Assembly: GCA_964016885.1 (NCBI GenBank)
Contig: OZ024752.1
Location: forward strand, 25,730,001 to 25,794,000
DNA length: 64,000 bases
Reading direction: 5' to 3'
Source: Eledone cirrhosa
Lineage: Eukaryota
How positions within the stretch are numbered: the stretch's first letter is position 1; the number at the start of each line of letters is the position of its first letter. Below, piece after piece: positions 13,301 to 27,104 of this stretch. The notes beneath the pieces were generated by a model. It was not told the DNA's origin. It did not search any database and worked only from the letters and a program-made list of their open reading frames with translations. Made by a program: the position numbers and the translations under genes.

Positions 13301-13761
13301 GAGAGAAAGCAGTGTCAATGATCGTTTTCAGGGCCTCTATGACTTGTGTAAGGGAGGGAGGAAGGACCCGACAGTAGTGTTATGCCGGGCAACGAATTGT
13401 CTACCATTCAAATTAAGTCTACTACCCAAATTAAATTTACTTCCCAAAATTAGCCGACCACCCAAAATATAGTGTGATAATGGTGGGTGGCAGTTATGGA
13501 AGAAGATGGCGGTAGGTAAAGTTGTACGTGTTGGTACTGGGGCGGGGGGTACTGGTGTGATATGTGAGTCAGTGTGCCTTACGGTGATGCTATATATATG
13601 TGTATATATGTGTATACATATGTGTATATATATATATATAAGGTGTTGGTGCATATAAGTATATGCAATGTTGGTATATATATATGTGTATACGGTATTG
13701 GTGTATATATATATATGTATACCGTGTTGGTATATATATATGTATATATATATATATATAT

Positions 13762-13826
<65 letters not shown>

Positions 13827-13856
13827 AATATGTATATATATATATAAATACATATA

Positions 13857-13986
<130 letters not shown>

Positions 13987-14041
13987 TATATGTATGTATA
14001 TATATATATGTATATATATATATATTTATATATATGTATGT

Positions 14042-14075
<34 letters not shown>

Positions 14076-14130
14076 GTATATATATGTATGTATGTATATA
14101 TATATATATATGTATGTATATATATATATG

Positions 14131-14207
<77 letters not shown>

Positions 14208-14266
14208 ATATATATGTATATATATATATATGTATGTATATATATATATTATTATATGTATGTATG

Positions 14267-14325
<59 letters not shown>

Positions 14326-14328
<3 letters not shown>

Positions 14329-14520
14329 ATAGAAGGAGCTTCTACAGGACTAGTACTGTTTCATTCAGATGAAATCTTCAGGAAGCTTCCTGAAGATTTC
14401 ATCTGAATGAAACAGTACTAGTCCTGTAGAAGCTCCTTCTATAAAATAAAAAAAAAATTTTACTCTGCCATGTATTGAGTACCTTACTTACTGTGGTTAT
14501 CCCCGACTCAACCCGGGACC
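14326..14520. mobile_element. Fold-back element with a hammerhead on each strand (14337-14387 minus, 14384-14434 plus)
   Basis: Perfect palindrome centred on AAGCTT. Plus strand: agcttc CTGAAGA tttc-atct-gaat GAAA cag-tactagtc-ctg TA gaagct. Confidence 0.8.
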
Positions 14521-14900
14521 TACGTATATATATATATATATATATATACACTGTTGGTATATATATTAATTAAAGGTTAATTAGTTTCTAATATTTAAAC
14601 ATCTCAGAGAACCAAATATTATATATCAAAATTAAGTGACAAAAAACTCTAATTATGGGAGTAGAAACACACACACATACACACATATATATATGATGTG
14701 TATTTATATATATGTATATATATATATGTATACATACACACACATGTTGTGTGTGTGTGTGTATACATATATATATATATACATATATATAAATACATAT
14801 ATTTATATATATATAAATACATACGTTTATATATATATATAATATATATATGTATGTATATATATATATATGTATGTATATATATATATATGTATATATT

Positions 14901-14934
<34 letters not shown>

Positions 14935-14935
14935 A

Positions 14936-14966
<31 letters not shown>

Positions 14967-14973
14967 AATATAA

Positions 14974-15066
<93 letters not shown>

Positions 15067-15403
15067 TATGTATATGTATCCACATATATATATACATATA
15101 TATAACAAGTAGACAGAGTAACGACGATTGGTGTGGGTGTGTCGGTTGTCAGTGTCACGCTGTTTTACGATTTTATGATATCAGGTTAGCGTCTGTGGAA
15201 TAACATGAGCAGGAACAAGTCCTGTCGTCATAAATTTTACAGGGTTCATAAGAAGGTCTTTGACCACACGCAGCGATTGCTCACCACACACACACACACA
15301 CACAGACACACACACACACACACACACACCTCTTTATTATACCATTTGATATAAATAAGACTTAATTGATAAAGTCTCCTATCATACAGTAGGCAGAAAT
15401 ATT

Positions 15404-15434
<31 letters not shown>

Positions 15435-15536
15435 GTGTGTGTGTGCGTGTGTATGAGTGTGTGTGCATGTATATTATATATATATATATATATATATGTA
15501 GATAAATCTACCAATATATATATATATATATATATA

Positions 15537-15712
15537 ACAAAGAGGGTGTGGTAACATAGCAAGTGAACCATAACGCACCAGAATACTCAATACTTAGGGT
15601 AGAAGAGTGGGTAATAAGAAAAGAGTCAGGATCCCGACGGCTGAGCTCCGGCAGTTTTACAGCTGTCGAAACGGCCGGAGCTCAGCCGTCGGGGTCCCGA
15701 CTCTTTTCCTAT
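15537..15712. mobile_element. Family D copy with a shorter fold-back
   Basis: Matches 10081-10200, but the hairpin is centred near 15663. Confidence 0.75.
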
Positions 15713-15743
15713 ATGTGTGTGTGTATATATATATATATATATG

Positions 15744-16451
15744 TATGATGTATTGTTTTTGTTTATGCCACGAAACTACGTAGTCGAGGAATCTAGGAGC
15801 AGTTTAGGTATGATACATTTTATTACTAATTATATCTAAATGTTTCTTCTCTCTTCATAATGTATTTTTAACTCTGATACTGGTTCAGTCTGATTCAACC
15901 GGATTGGTCTGTCCCGGTCATTCATTGAGCAACATCGGTAAGGTTGGCACCATTAACTCACAGTTGGGTGTGGATGCATTCATGTATATGTGTGTGTCCG
16001 CATGTATCTGTGTGGTTCTAAATATATTGTTCATAACTCCCTCTGGTCGAGTAATCTTTGAAGTGTGGTGACTGCTGGAAAGCTGCCATTACTCATACTT
16101 CTCGTCTCCTTCACCACCTCTTCTGCGGCTTCGATATAAATACCCCCTCCTCCTCCGTGGTATTTTCTTCGGGGTTATAAGAGGCTTAGCTCTGTTTCTC
16201 GACCGTTATATCGCGTGACTATCTCCCCCTCCGCCTTATGGATTCTTTCTCACGTCGTGTAGACGCGTTCTTGAAGCTAGTAAAACGAGGTATCCTCTTG
16301 ATAAGTCGGCAGACCTCGCAAGAACTCTATATCTTTATGATGTATTGTTTTTGTTTATGCCACGAAACTACGTAGTCGAGGAATCTAGGAGCAGTTTAGG
16401 TATGATACATTTTATTACTAATTATATCTAAATGTTTCTTCTCTCTTCATA

Positions 16452-16455
<4 letters not shown>
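15744..16455 (+). mobile_element. Partial-tandem element (592-bp period) with a mutated hammerhead at 16293-16382
   Basis: 15744-15863 = 16336-16455. Motif: tcctc TTGATAA gt(c)ggca...tgccac GAAA ctacgtag TC gagga. Confidence 0.75.
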
Positions 16456-16497
<42 letters not shown>

Positions 16498-16516
16498 TTA
16501 CACACACACATATATA

Positions 16517-16548
<32 letters not shown>

Positions 16549-16689
16549 ATATAACTTAGAGTTTACACTCAATGGGGTCATTTACAATTATTTCAGCTCT
16601 AAGAATCGCTTCTGAGCAGTATAAATTAATATATGATAAACATTTACATGTTTTAGTTGCAACTAAAACATGTAAATGTTTATCATATA

Positions 16690-16744
<55 letters not shown>

Positions 16745-16788
16745 ATAATAATAAATATATATATATATATATATATACATATATATAC

Positions 16789-16893
<105 letters not shown>

Positions 16894-17227
16894 TAATAAT
16901 ATATATATAGTAATATATATAGTAATAATAATAAATATATATATATATATTAATAATAATAAAATTGAAGACTAAAATCCAAAAGTCTTTGCGCGTAATT
17001 GTTTTTCACCGCTCCTTTTAATGACGTATTATTCGTTTTTTTCCCGTTCTTTGTCAGCGAACGTTCCCACGAACCAAAGTATCGTCTTCCTGTCTTCCTC
17101 CAGTTGCAACGTTTTTTGAAATATCCAGTTCTGCGTTTACAGATTGACTTTGTTAGTTTCAGAAGATCCCGTTAAGGGTGAAAAGCAGCGATTCTTTGCT
17201 TAAACTTTAATCTGTTATTTTAAATAA

Positions 17228-17262
<35 letters not shown>

Positions 17263-17480
17263 TTGCTCTACGGTTCTTATATATTTGATATATATCTATC
17301 CTTATCGAGCCCTCTTTGGATTTTAGTCTTCAAATTTATTATAATTACTATATATATATATATATAAGTTGAAATAAAATGAAAACGAAATTTCATTTCT
17401 CACTCTTAGTACGGCACTTACTTAAATGTAAGTATGTGTGTATACGTACATACATATATGTATACAGACGTACAGTAGAA

Positions 17481-17521
<41 letters not shown>

Positions 17522-17832
17522 AAAGTTATATTTAAATTGTTGGGTTAACAACGAGTAAATATTTATAACTGATATAAAAGCACTCAACAATATGATATCC
17601 CTGAAATATATATAATGAAATAAATATTGTTTTATAAATATAGTTTCCATTTATTTAATATCATATATATATATATACATACAGGTAGACATACATATAT
17701 GCACGTATCAGTTTAGCGGACGCTTATTATAACGCCGCTTTGTTCGTTTGTAAACAAACTGAACAGCCTGAATTCAATGCCGTACGGTGTTAAGGCAACC
17801 ACGTCACCTTTTTGTTCAACACTGACACAGGA

Positions 17833-17875
17833 ACGATGTACTAGTTTCAAGCTTGTTAGCTATCATCAGCACCGT
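17833..17875 (-). ncRNA. Minimal type I hammerhead, family H1
   Basis: acggtg CTGATGA t-agct-aaca-agct-t GAAA ctag TA catcgt. Confidence 0.8.
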
Positions 17876-18125
17876 ATACCCTTCTGCCAGATAGTTGAAC
17901 GTTCGAAAGTATATACTTTCCTTATGAAAATTAACGGCTGAGCAGCCTAATTTGCATATCGAGTGAGTTAAGTCGGTCAGGCATACCGAAAACGATAAGT
18001 TGAAATAAGATGAACGCTAAACTGATACGTGCATATATGTATGTGTACCTGTATGTATATATATATATATATGCATGCTACTGTACGTCTGTATACATAT
18101 ATGTATGTACGTATACACACATACT

Positions 18126-18199
<74 letters not shown>

Positions 18200-18252
18200 A
18201 CTGTGTTTTTACATCACTGCGTTTGTCATTTCTGTCACTCTTTCTTTCTCTC

Positions 18253-18291
<39 letters not shown>

Positions 18292-18339
18292 CATGCACAC
18301 ACACTCATACATATATACACACATTTACACACACATATT

Positions 18340-18397
<58 letters not shown>

Positions 18398-18484
18398 TTC
18401 GACTCTCCATATTTCTTTTCAATGGCTGACAATACCTTACCGGCGCCACTCGAATAAGGTAGTTATTTAACCCATAAATGGAGC

Positions 18485-18620
18485 CCTAACAGGTACTACC
18501 ACCCCGGGCCAGGGCAGACCTGGGAGTCATGACAACTAAGGGGTAACTCCACATTCCCCACATCTCCTGAACTCCCGAACTGGAGCCTTGCCACTGGATG
18601 TAGTTTAATGTCATACCCAG
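18485..18620 (+). mobile_element. Short interspersed repeat fragment
   Basis: CCCTAACAGGTACTACCAC...ACTCCACATTCCCCA...GGAGCC...GTCATACCCAG, recognised from memory as a common cephalopod repeat. Confidence 0.45.
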
Positions 18621-18752
18621 GTTAACGTATGTTGATGCCCTAAGGACAGACACTGGTCTGTTGGAGACGCAGGACATGGCAGCGATAATGAGGGACAGAG
18701 ACCGCTGGAGAGAACTCGTCCATGGATCTCGGGAATTTTATCCGCCTTAGAT
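18620..18752 (+). mobile_element. RTE-type LINE extreme 3' fragment
   Basis: Near-identical to 2238-2370. Confidence 0.85.
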
Positions 18753-18949
18753 ATAAACTTTACTTTAATATTAGTTCCAATCTCCAGTCATTGGATCCCG
18801 ACCATGCTGGTCTATTGTATTGGAGGCCATAGCCGAATACATCGACTCAGTACTTATTTTATCGATCTCTATTTCTCGCACCGCTACGTTACAAGCTCTA
18901 TACGGGCGCCATTTCTAGGTTTTAACTGATATAAGCTCTATTAAATAGC

Positions 18950-19405
18950 TTACAGCTCTGAGATTTTCATCCTCAGTGTATACTGATTAATGTTCAGAGC
19001 CATCCTCAACATTCTCGTGTAGCACCCATCCACCATCTGAGTGAGTTTCTTGGTCAGTGTCCAAGTCTCAGACCCATACAGCAGCACAGACTCCACTACA
19101 GCAACGAAGAGGCGGACTTTCAGAGCAGTATGGGAGCATCCCAAAAGTCAGCTCAAAAGTGAAACAGAGGAGACTGAGGTTAGCTGGACATGCTCACCGA
19201 CATCCAGAGTTGACATGGCACCCAGTGCTCCTTTGGGAGCCCCTACATGGACACACTAGAAGAGGAAGACCAAGGTTGACGTATGTTGATGCCCTGAGGA
19301 CAGACACTGGTCTGTTGGAGACGCAGGACATGGCAGCGATAATGAGGGACAGAGACCGCTGGAGAGAACTCGTCCATGGATCTCGGGAATTTTACCCGCC
19401 TTAGA
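18950..19405. mobile_element. RTE-type LINE 3' fragment with 5' inversion (second twin-primed copy)
   Basis: Minus 18950-19125 reads KVRLFVAVVESVLLYGSETW...ISEL. Plus from about 19127 reads YGSIPKVSSK...EFYPP-stop. Confidence 0.85.
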
Positions 19406-19489
19406 AAAAAAATAGCTTACTTGATATAATATTCCACCACTTATAAGCATGAAACCAAAAGGACTTAATACGCTGAGTGTCTGTCTCTG

Positions 19490-20262
19490 TGCACGAGATT
19501 CTCGTAGATGAGCTGTGATACATCATCAGTGATGTGACCTGGGATCATTAAGTGTTTCGGGATTTTAAACCTCATACATCTTTGCTCAGGCGACTCAACG
19601 AGATTGATTCGGCCTTGACTTACATCCTAGCATGGATCACCCCCCGCCACCGTCATTCATTTTTTAAAAAATCCCAAACTACCTGATGGCTTTTTTTCTG
19701 TATTTTGTTTGCAGATGACTCCACCCGTCTCTATTTGTTTATTTTGAACGTCTCTTCTCTTATCTGTTCTTTTAAACCAGTCATGGGCAATATGCGGCCC
19801 TCTGGCCGCATGCGACCCGTGAAGCTTTCTGAATGGCTCACCTAAGTGAAATCTTCTGATTTTTTTTTACCTTACCCCAACTTTTCAGACGTTATATATC
19901 TTTCTATCATTTTTACGATCGAGGAAAACAACGTGTACGAATTCTGATGAAACAACCTGAGTTACCGCCCCATTTTTTTTAATGTGGGCACGAATGTAAA
20001 TTAGCGCTTGCTGATGATGAGCCATATCTCATGCGGCCCGCTTCTCGAAAAAGGTTACCCATGCCTGCTTTAAAGCCTAATAGACTGAGCACGTTGCCGG
20101 GGGAGCATCCTACACAATCTCTACGTCCTACCTCAAATGGCTCAAAGAATATCTCCCCTGGTATTTTCTACCAGTTCCCAGTACTTCATGCATTTCCTTT
20201 CGTTGTCTTCTTCAATGTTTTCTTTCCAGAACACTGTAAGTTCATACATGATCGGTTGTTTC
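19490..20262 (-). mobile_element. Degenerate Hero/NeSL-type RLE LINE 3' remnant interrupted by a hAT MITE
   Basis: Minus 20085-20260 reads ELTVFWKENIEEDNERKCMKYWELVE (ELTVPWE-type endonuclease motif). A 3'UTR-like CCCGAAACAC..ATGA.CCCAGG..ACATCACTGATGATGT lies at about 19515-19565. Confidence 0.6.
19778..20067 (+). mobile_element. hAT (Charlie-like) MITE
   Basis: TIRs CAGTCATGGGCAA / TTACCCATGCCTG, subterminal GCGGCCC motifs, and imperfect 8-bp TSD ttttaaac/ctttaaag. Confidence 0.8.
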
Positions 20263-20342
20263 AGTAATTCTCATGTGATGATCGGGAGTGACAAAATATC
20301 TACAGTTTTTCAATATAATGGTAAAATGTACAAGAAAGTAAC

Positions 20343-20570
20343 TATGAGGGTGGACTGAAAAATTCATTGGTTGTCAATGAAGGAGTGATGCTAGAGCTGT
20401 GAAATATTGCATGCATTAATTTACATTCTTCTTATTAATAATTGCATTGTTTTTCCCAGGTAAACTGACATCTGAAAATTCAAAGAAAACTTCAAATGTT
20501 ACTACTTGTAATTTCTCTTGAAAATAGGCAAAATTTGGCATCATGATGTTATCAAGTACCAGCAGAAAAC
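20343..20570 (+). mobile_element. Mariner-like transposon 5' fragment
   Basis: TA-TGAGGGTGGACTGAAAA.TTCAT TIR-like start and a decayed transposase N-terminus (KIWHHDVIKY). A small related TIR piece lies at about 26235-26285. Confidence 0.6.
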
Positions 20571-20696
20571 TAAGGTATTCAATAATAATTAAATTAGACC
20601 GCTAATATAGAAACGGGTGAAGGCTTCAAGGACATCATCTTTGTCTGTTCCCTTGTCGTTTTAATTTGCCTTGAGAACGTAACCTTATTATGTAAG

Positions 20697-20774
20697 AAGC
20701 TGTCTGATGAGATCATGGCCTGGGTACGCAGAATCGCGTGGCCACTGTCGTCATTGAAATATGTATCAGTGCTT
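20697..20774 (+). ncRNA. Type I hammerhead motif with long stem II and imperfect stem I
   Basis: aagctgt CTGATGA gatcatggcc...acgc-agaatc-gcgt-ggcca...att GAAA tatgta TC agtgctt. Confidence 0.55.
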
Positions 20775-21114
20775 TATTAATAAAGGACTTTAACATATGA
20801 AACTACTTGGCATTTTCTTATTGTAAATAAACTCTGTCATTCCTACGTGGAAAAAGTACGTTGAGTGCTTGAACTGAATTGCATCAATATTTACTATATA
20901 TATATATATGGAAAAGAATGAAACGAAATTTCATTTCTCACTCTTAGTACGGCTGGTACTTAAATGTAAGTATGTATGTATACGTACATACATATATGTA
21001 TACAGACGCACAGTAGTATGTATATATATACATACATGCACACATATATATATATGTACGTATAGGTTTACCGAGCATTTATTATAATGGTCGGTTTGTT
21101 TGTAAACATATATA

Positions 21115-21877
21115 TCTATATATATAAAACAGAGGATGTCTGTGTGTCTGTTTCCCTAAAACTCGAGAAGTACCCAACCGGTTTTTTTCAAACTTTATAC
21201 ATGTAACTCGTATGACCCCGGAAGTGTTTTGAGCAAAAGAAATTTCAAATTTTCAATGCCCTAGGGACCGCATTAGGCGATTTAGCGATCTCTTTCTCTT
21301 TCTCTTAGTCTTTCTCTTTTTAGATAGATACATAGATATGACGTCGCGCCTTCATAATATCTGTCTGTATGCCTGACTGTCTGCATTACGTCATTATGAC
21401 GCGATCAGTGTGTGTGTGTGTATATATTCTTATGCCAGGGAACGTCTTCACGAACCAGATTGATTTTTTAGTTTAAGAAGATCCCGTTAAGGTTGAAAGC
21501 AGCGATTCTTTGCTTAAACATTAATATGTTATTTTAATATAGATATTCGTGTACAGATATTTTTGCATACACAAAAACAAAATATAAACAAACAAGGCCA
21601 AAGATTACATCAATTAGTCTTAGTGTATGTACATCATACTGCTTTTAGGTAGAATATCCCGTTAAGGGTGAAAGCAGTGATTCTTTGCTTAAACTTTAGT
21701 CTGTTATTTTAATATATATATATATATAATTATATATTTATGGACAGATATTTTTGCATACACAATAACAAAATATAAACAAACGTATTTATTTCACGAG
21801 GTTCGATAAGGATAAATATATATCAAATATATAAGAACCCTATAGCAAATCCCGAGCAACGCCGGGCCATTCTGCTA

Positions 21878-21878
<1 letters not shown>
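21115..21878 (+). mobile_element. Non-autonomous Helitron
   Basis: 5' TCTATATATATAAA, 3' hairpin CCCGAGC-AAC-GCCGGG then CTAG, inserted between A and T. Internal duplication at 21480/21655. Related pieces at 17160-17300 and 45795-45835. Confidence 0.8.
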
Positions 21879-21918
<40 letters not shown>

Positions 21919-21921
<3 letters not shown>

Positions 21922-22597
21922 CATTTATTTTTGAGACTCGAAACCGATTCGGTAAAGGTAACCATAGTGAGTACAGTGAATCTTTAAAAATTTATTTTGA
22001 AACTTTTTCTTATTTGCTAAACCTTGATTATATATGTTCTGGCTCGTTAATTTATTAACCTGCCATTGAACCACATTGGCATATGGTTGGACAATACATG
22101 TGTCCCTAGACGCTTTTTGCATGTAGAGATATATACTTTATTATTATTATTCTCCTCTTGGTCGAGATAAAATTTGGTCGTTCTGACTGCTGCTATTTAT
22201 ACTGGTAGTAGACTGATCTCCCTGCCTCTGCTTCTATCTTTACCCACGGCACTGGACAGAATTTCTTCCACATCATTCATTCTCATCTCGGGAACAATTT
22301 TGAATAGCGCCAGTTCGTAATTTGAACTCGGGAATTTTATATTCTCCGAGTGAAAAGACCCTTTTGACGAGAGTTTATCTTTTCAATGGAAGGACTGTCC
22401 ATTTATTTTTGAGACTCATAGTGAGTACAGTGAATCTTTTAAAATTTATTTTGAAACTTTTTCTTATTTGCTAAACCTTGATTATATATGTTCTGGCTCG
22501 TTAATTTATTAACTTGCCATTGAACCACATTGGCATATGGTTGGACAATACATGTGTCCCTAGACGCTTTTTGCGTGTGGGGATATATACTTTATTA
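21919..22597 (+). mobile_element. Partial-tandem element (478-bp period) with split hammerhead halves
   Basis: 21919-22145 is repeated at 22397-22597. The 3' half gactc GAAA ccgattcgg TA aagg is at 21935-21958 and the 5' half cctt TTGACGA gagttt at 22360-22376. Confidence 0.7.
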
Positions 22598-23149
22598 TAT
22601 ACATATATATATGTATATATATATATCGTTTGTTCTAACTTATATGATTCCAGTTCCTCAGAAGAATAACAACACAACTAGGAGCTGGACATATCGATGT
22701 ATTGACGGAGTAAAACACACTTCAACAACATGTGTACCTGTCTTTCCCACACCAATTCGGACTGCCTGCCGAGGTCACTGCCAACGATGGCTGTCACCGA
22801 AATATATATAGCAGTATATCTATAATTTATAATAAACGAAGTCACATTTTACATATTTGACTTAATTATTTTATATTACTCCGGAATAAACAAACCAACC
22901 TGCGCACTTCGTCGAGTGCTCAAATCTGAATACTGAGTTGTCGGTAAACAACCAACATATACTCAATATATATATATATCATCATCACCATCATTATCAT
23001 TTTACGTCTGCTTTTCCCTGCTTGCAAGGGTGGGACGGGAACTGATTCTGGCTTGATTGCTACGGCTGGATGCCCTTCCTAACACCAACCATATTTACAG
23101 TGAGTGCTGGGTGCTTTTTTGTCGTGGCACCTACACGACCACTTTGCAG

Positions 23150-23322
23150 TGGAATGATAGGGACCCCAGTCCCTATCATCTTATTTCTACAGCTGAGTAA
23201 ACTGGAGCAATGTGAAATAAAGTGTCTTGCTCAAGGAAACAACACATCACCCGGTCTGAGGATTGAACTCACAACCTTTCGATTGCAAGGCCAATACTCT
23301 AACCAATAAGCCATGTGCCTCC
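23150..23322 (-). mobile_element. Second tRNA-type SINE family
   Basis: AGCTGAGT..ACTGGAGCAA.GTGAAATAAAGTGTCTTGCTCAAGG...GA(T/C)TGAACTCAC.ACC; paralogs at 36935-37060 and 41305-41400. Confidence 0.7.
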
Positions 23323-23677
23323 TTATATATATATATATGTGCTTTCTCTCTTCATTTTACTTTCGTCTATATTTCTATTTTTTTTTCTGTTATCCCTCAT
23401 TCTATCTTTTGATGAACGACCGACGTCAGAAACATTAAGCCTCTTATTCTTCTATATCAAGTGTTAAACTAATATATATCTTCATAGTATTGTATCATTT
23501 CTCTGTATAGTTTATCCGTTATCTTTTCACACACATACACACACACACAAACACACAGAAACACACACAGTAACACACACACACACACACATATATATAT
23601 ACATACACACACACACACACATATATATACATATATAGGTATACTTACTGACACACATAATACACATTTATATATGT

Positions 23678-23709
<32 letters not shown>

Positions 23710-23800
23710 CAGTATGTATATCTATGTAAGTTTATCTATGTGTGTATGTGTGTGTGATGCGTTTGTGCGTGTGTTTGTGTGCGTGCGTGTGTATGCGTAC

Positions 23801-23858
<58 letters not shown>

Positions 23859-23989
23859 GTCTCGATCTTTCCATGAGACTATAAGGATATATAATCTATA
23901 TATCCTTGCAATTCAACCCTAACCCATTCACAACAGTCCCTTATCACCTTTTATCAAATTAGAACTGATAAGTTTTGCTCCTTTCTCAC

Positions 23990-24740
23990 CTTTCCCACCC
24001 ATTCACCTTACCCACCATTCACCTTACCCACCCATTCAACTTACCCACCATTCACCTTACCCACCATTCACCTTACCCACCATTCACCTTACCCACCCAT
24101 TCACCTTACCCACACATTCCCCTTTCCCACCATTCACCTTACCCACCATTCACCTTACCCACCATTCACCTTACCCACCCATTCACCTTACCCACCATTC
24201 ACCTTACCCACCCATTCACCTTACCCACCATTCACCTTACCCACCCATTCACCTTACCCACCCATTCACCTTACCCATCCATTCCCCTTTCCCACCATTC
24301 ACCTTACCCACCATTCACCTTACCCACCCATTCACCTTAACCACCATTCACCTTACCCACCCATTCACCTTACCCACCCATTCCCCTTTCCCACCATTCA
24401 CCTTACCCACCATTCACCTTACCCACCCATTCACCTTACCCACCATTCACCTTACCCACCCATTCACCTTACCCACCATTCACCTTACCCACCCATTCAC
24501 CTTACCCACCCATTCACCTTACCCACACATTCCCCTTTCCCACCATTCACCTTACCCACCATTCACCTTACCCACCCATTCACCTTACCCACCATTCACC
24601 TTACCCACCCATTCACCTTACCCACCCATTCCCCTTTCCCACCCATTCACCTTACCCACCATTCACCTTACCCACCCATTCACCTTACCCACCATTCACC
24701 TTACCCACCATTCACCTTACCCACCATTCACCTTACCATC
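23990..24740. repeat. Minisatellite with 16/20-bp units CCTTACCCACC(C)ATTCA
   Basis: Roughly 40 tandem units with a recurring CCCCTTTCCC variant. Confidence 0.95.
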
Positions 24741-24811
24741 TACCCATACAGCCATCTACCTACTCCATTCCAGTTTTCAATCTCCCATTAACTACAAGAC
24801 TGGTTAGTACT

Positions 24812-25180
24812 CTCCCTCTCTCTCTCCTTCACACTCTCTCTCCCACTCTCTCTCTTTCTCTCCTTCACACACTCTCTCTCCCACTCTCTCTCTTTCTCTC
24901 CTTCACACTCTCTCTCTCACTCTCTCCTTCTCTCCTTCACACTCTCTCTCCCACTCTCTCTCCTCTCCTTCACACTCTCTCTCTCCCACTCTCTCTCCTT
25001 CTCTCCTTCACACTCTCTCTCCCACCCTCTCTCCTTCTCTCCTTCACACACTCTCTCTCCCACTCTCTCTCCTTCTCTCCTTCACACTCTCTCTCCCACT
25101 CTCTACTTCTCTCCTTCACACTCTCTCTCCCACTCTCTACTTCTCTCCTTCACACTCTCTCCTTCTCTCTCTCTCTCTCT
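24812..25180. repeat. CT-rich minisatellite (~33-bp unit)
   Basis: Repeated TCTCTCCTTCACACTCTCTCTCCCACTCTC. Confidence 0.9.
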
Positions 25181-25513
25181 TGCTCTGCCACCCCCTCCCA
25201 CATATATACACACATTTATTTGATTACGAGATTACTGGATTATTGCAATAGCATAACGGACACGCACACATACATACACCCACACTATACATATACACAT
25301 ATATACCACATCACACGATACACACGAAAACACACACGCACACGCACACTCACACGCAAACACACACACACACACACGCACGCAAACACACATACACAGG
25401 CAGACACACCCAAGCGACAACGTTGATGATGATAACCCTCCCTGCAGTCCCCACCATCAAATGGTTGATTAGGGCCTGGCAGAAGAGGGCTGCATCTCCT
25501 CTTCGCCCTTTAA

Positions 25514-25733
25514 CCCTTTAACATTTAAACCGGCCGTATCCGGCCAGAATCGCTCACCTTTTTCTGTTCAAACTGGCCGTAACTGGCTGCTCATACTTAT
25601 GTTAAAGTATTATTCTCAAAATAAATAATATCAAAATCTTGTAGATTCGATATTATGTGAGATAATTATGTAAGATAAAGACTTTACAGAGAAAATACAA
25701 TAGTATATATAAAGTAATGTAAATGCTAAAGGG
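25514..25733 (+). mobile_element. piggyBac-type MITE
   Basis: TTAA TSDs (25510-13, 25734-37) and TIRs CCCTTTAACATTT / AAATGCTAAAGGG. A reversed partial copy lies at 29026-29238. Confidence 0.85.
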
Positions 25734-26071
25734 TTAAGTAGTATTGACCACATAAACTCTTTCGCCATAGCCACAAGATGGAGGAAAATTGCTCTTCCAG
25801 GTAGAAGGTATCGGGTGACGGATATGGTGAATAGTTGGGTCCGTCTTACACGCGGTAACAACTGTTTAACAAAGCTCCACAGATCAGTAATGATCGCCCA
25901 GCATGCATTTAGGACGGGCTCGACTGATGGCACTTCCTTGTATGTAGAATTTGTCTCGAACTAGTAATGCCTCAGGGTAACATTGCCAGGTCAGAGATTT
26001 TAGGAAATTGGTCACAGTCTCTGGCCTGAAAAGAAGGAGAAGAAGAAGGAGAAGAAGGAGAAGAAGAAGAT

Positions 26072-26102
<31 letters not shown>

Positions 26103-26570
26103 ACGAAGTTTCTTACTTTATTCCGCTTTTATCAGAGGTGTTTTAGAGATATTCTGAATGTCATCGAGTCTTCGAGTATCCCAGACAAAGATTTTGAGCT
26201 GAGACTGAAGTCCTGAGAAGAATGGAAGAAGAATGGAAAGTTCATAGGCTGACCAAGATACTCTCGTGGAATGACCAAATGAGGAAGAGGAGAAGGGGAA
26301 GAAGAAAAAAAAAAGAAAAAGAAGAAAACGAAGAAGCAGAAGGACAAGAAAAAGGAGAAGAAGAAGCAAGAAAGAAGACGACGACTGCGGATGGGGAAGA
26401 TGTTGATAACAACAACAACAACAGCAAAGGCCATTCTATGACAACAACAAGAAGAACGCTGATAATGATTACGTTGACACAACTGTTGTGAGAAATACGA
26501 GAAGGTACACTTCAGTGAAACTGTCTTTGAGCGTCTCTTCTGTCATGTATGTATGTGTGTATGTGTATAC

Positions 26571-26605
<35 letters not shown>

Positions 26606-26806
26606 GTAGAGTGTGTGTGTGTGGTAGTGGGTGTTGGTGGTGGAGGTGGGTTACCTTGTGAATATTGTCTGCGTGTGTATGACATGACATTTCGATGTGT
26701 CATGTATTGTTTAGTTTGTACTTATAGATGTATGATTTATGTGTGTCTTTGTGTGTGTGTGTGTGTGTATTATGCATATCTGATTGAGCCTCACATCTTC
26801 TCTCTT

Positions 26807-26883
<77 letters not shown>

Positions 26884-27033
26884 GTTAATTTAATTTCGTT
26901 TCGTTATTTGTTTTTATATATATATACATACACATATATATATTCACCCTAAGCAAGGATGCGCACAGGACAAAGACAACGGAAAAACGTAGTCCATTCT
27001 CCTTAGTCGACCTCTGGAAATCACTACTGTTTC

Positions 27034-27093
<60 letters not shown>

Positions 27094-27104
27094 TATATAT
27101 ATAA

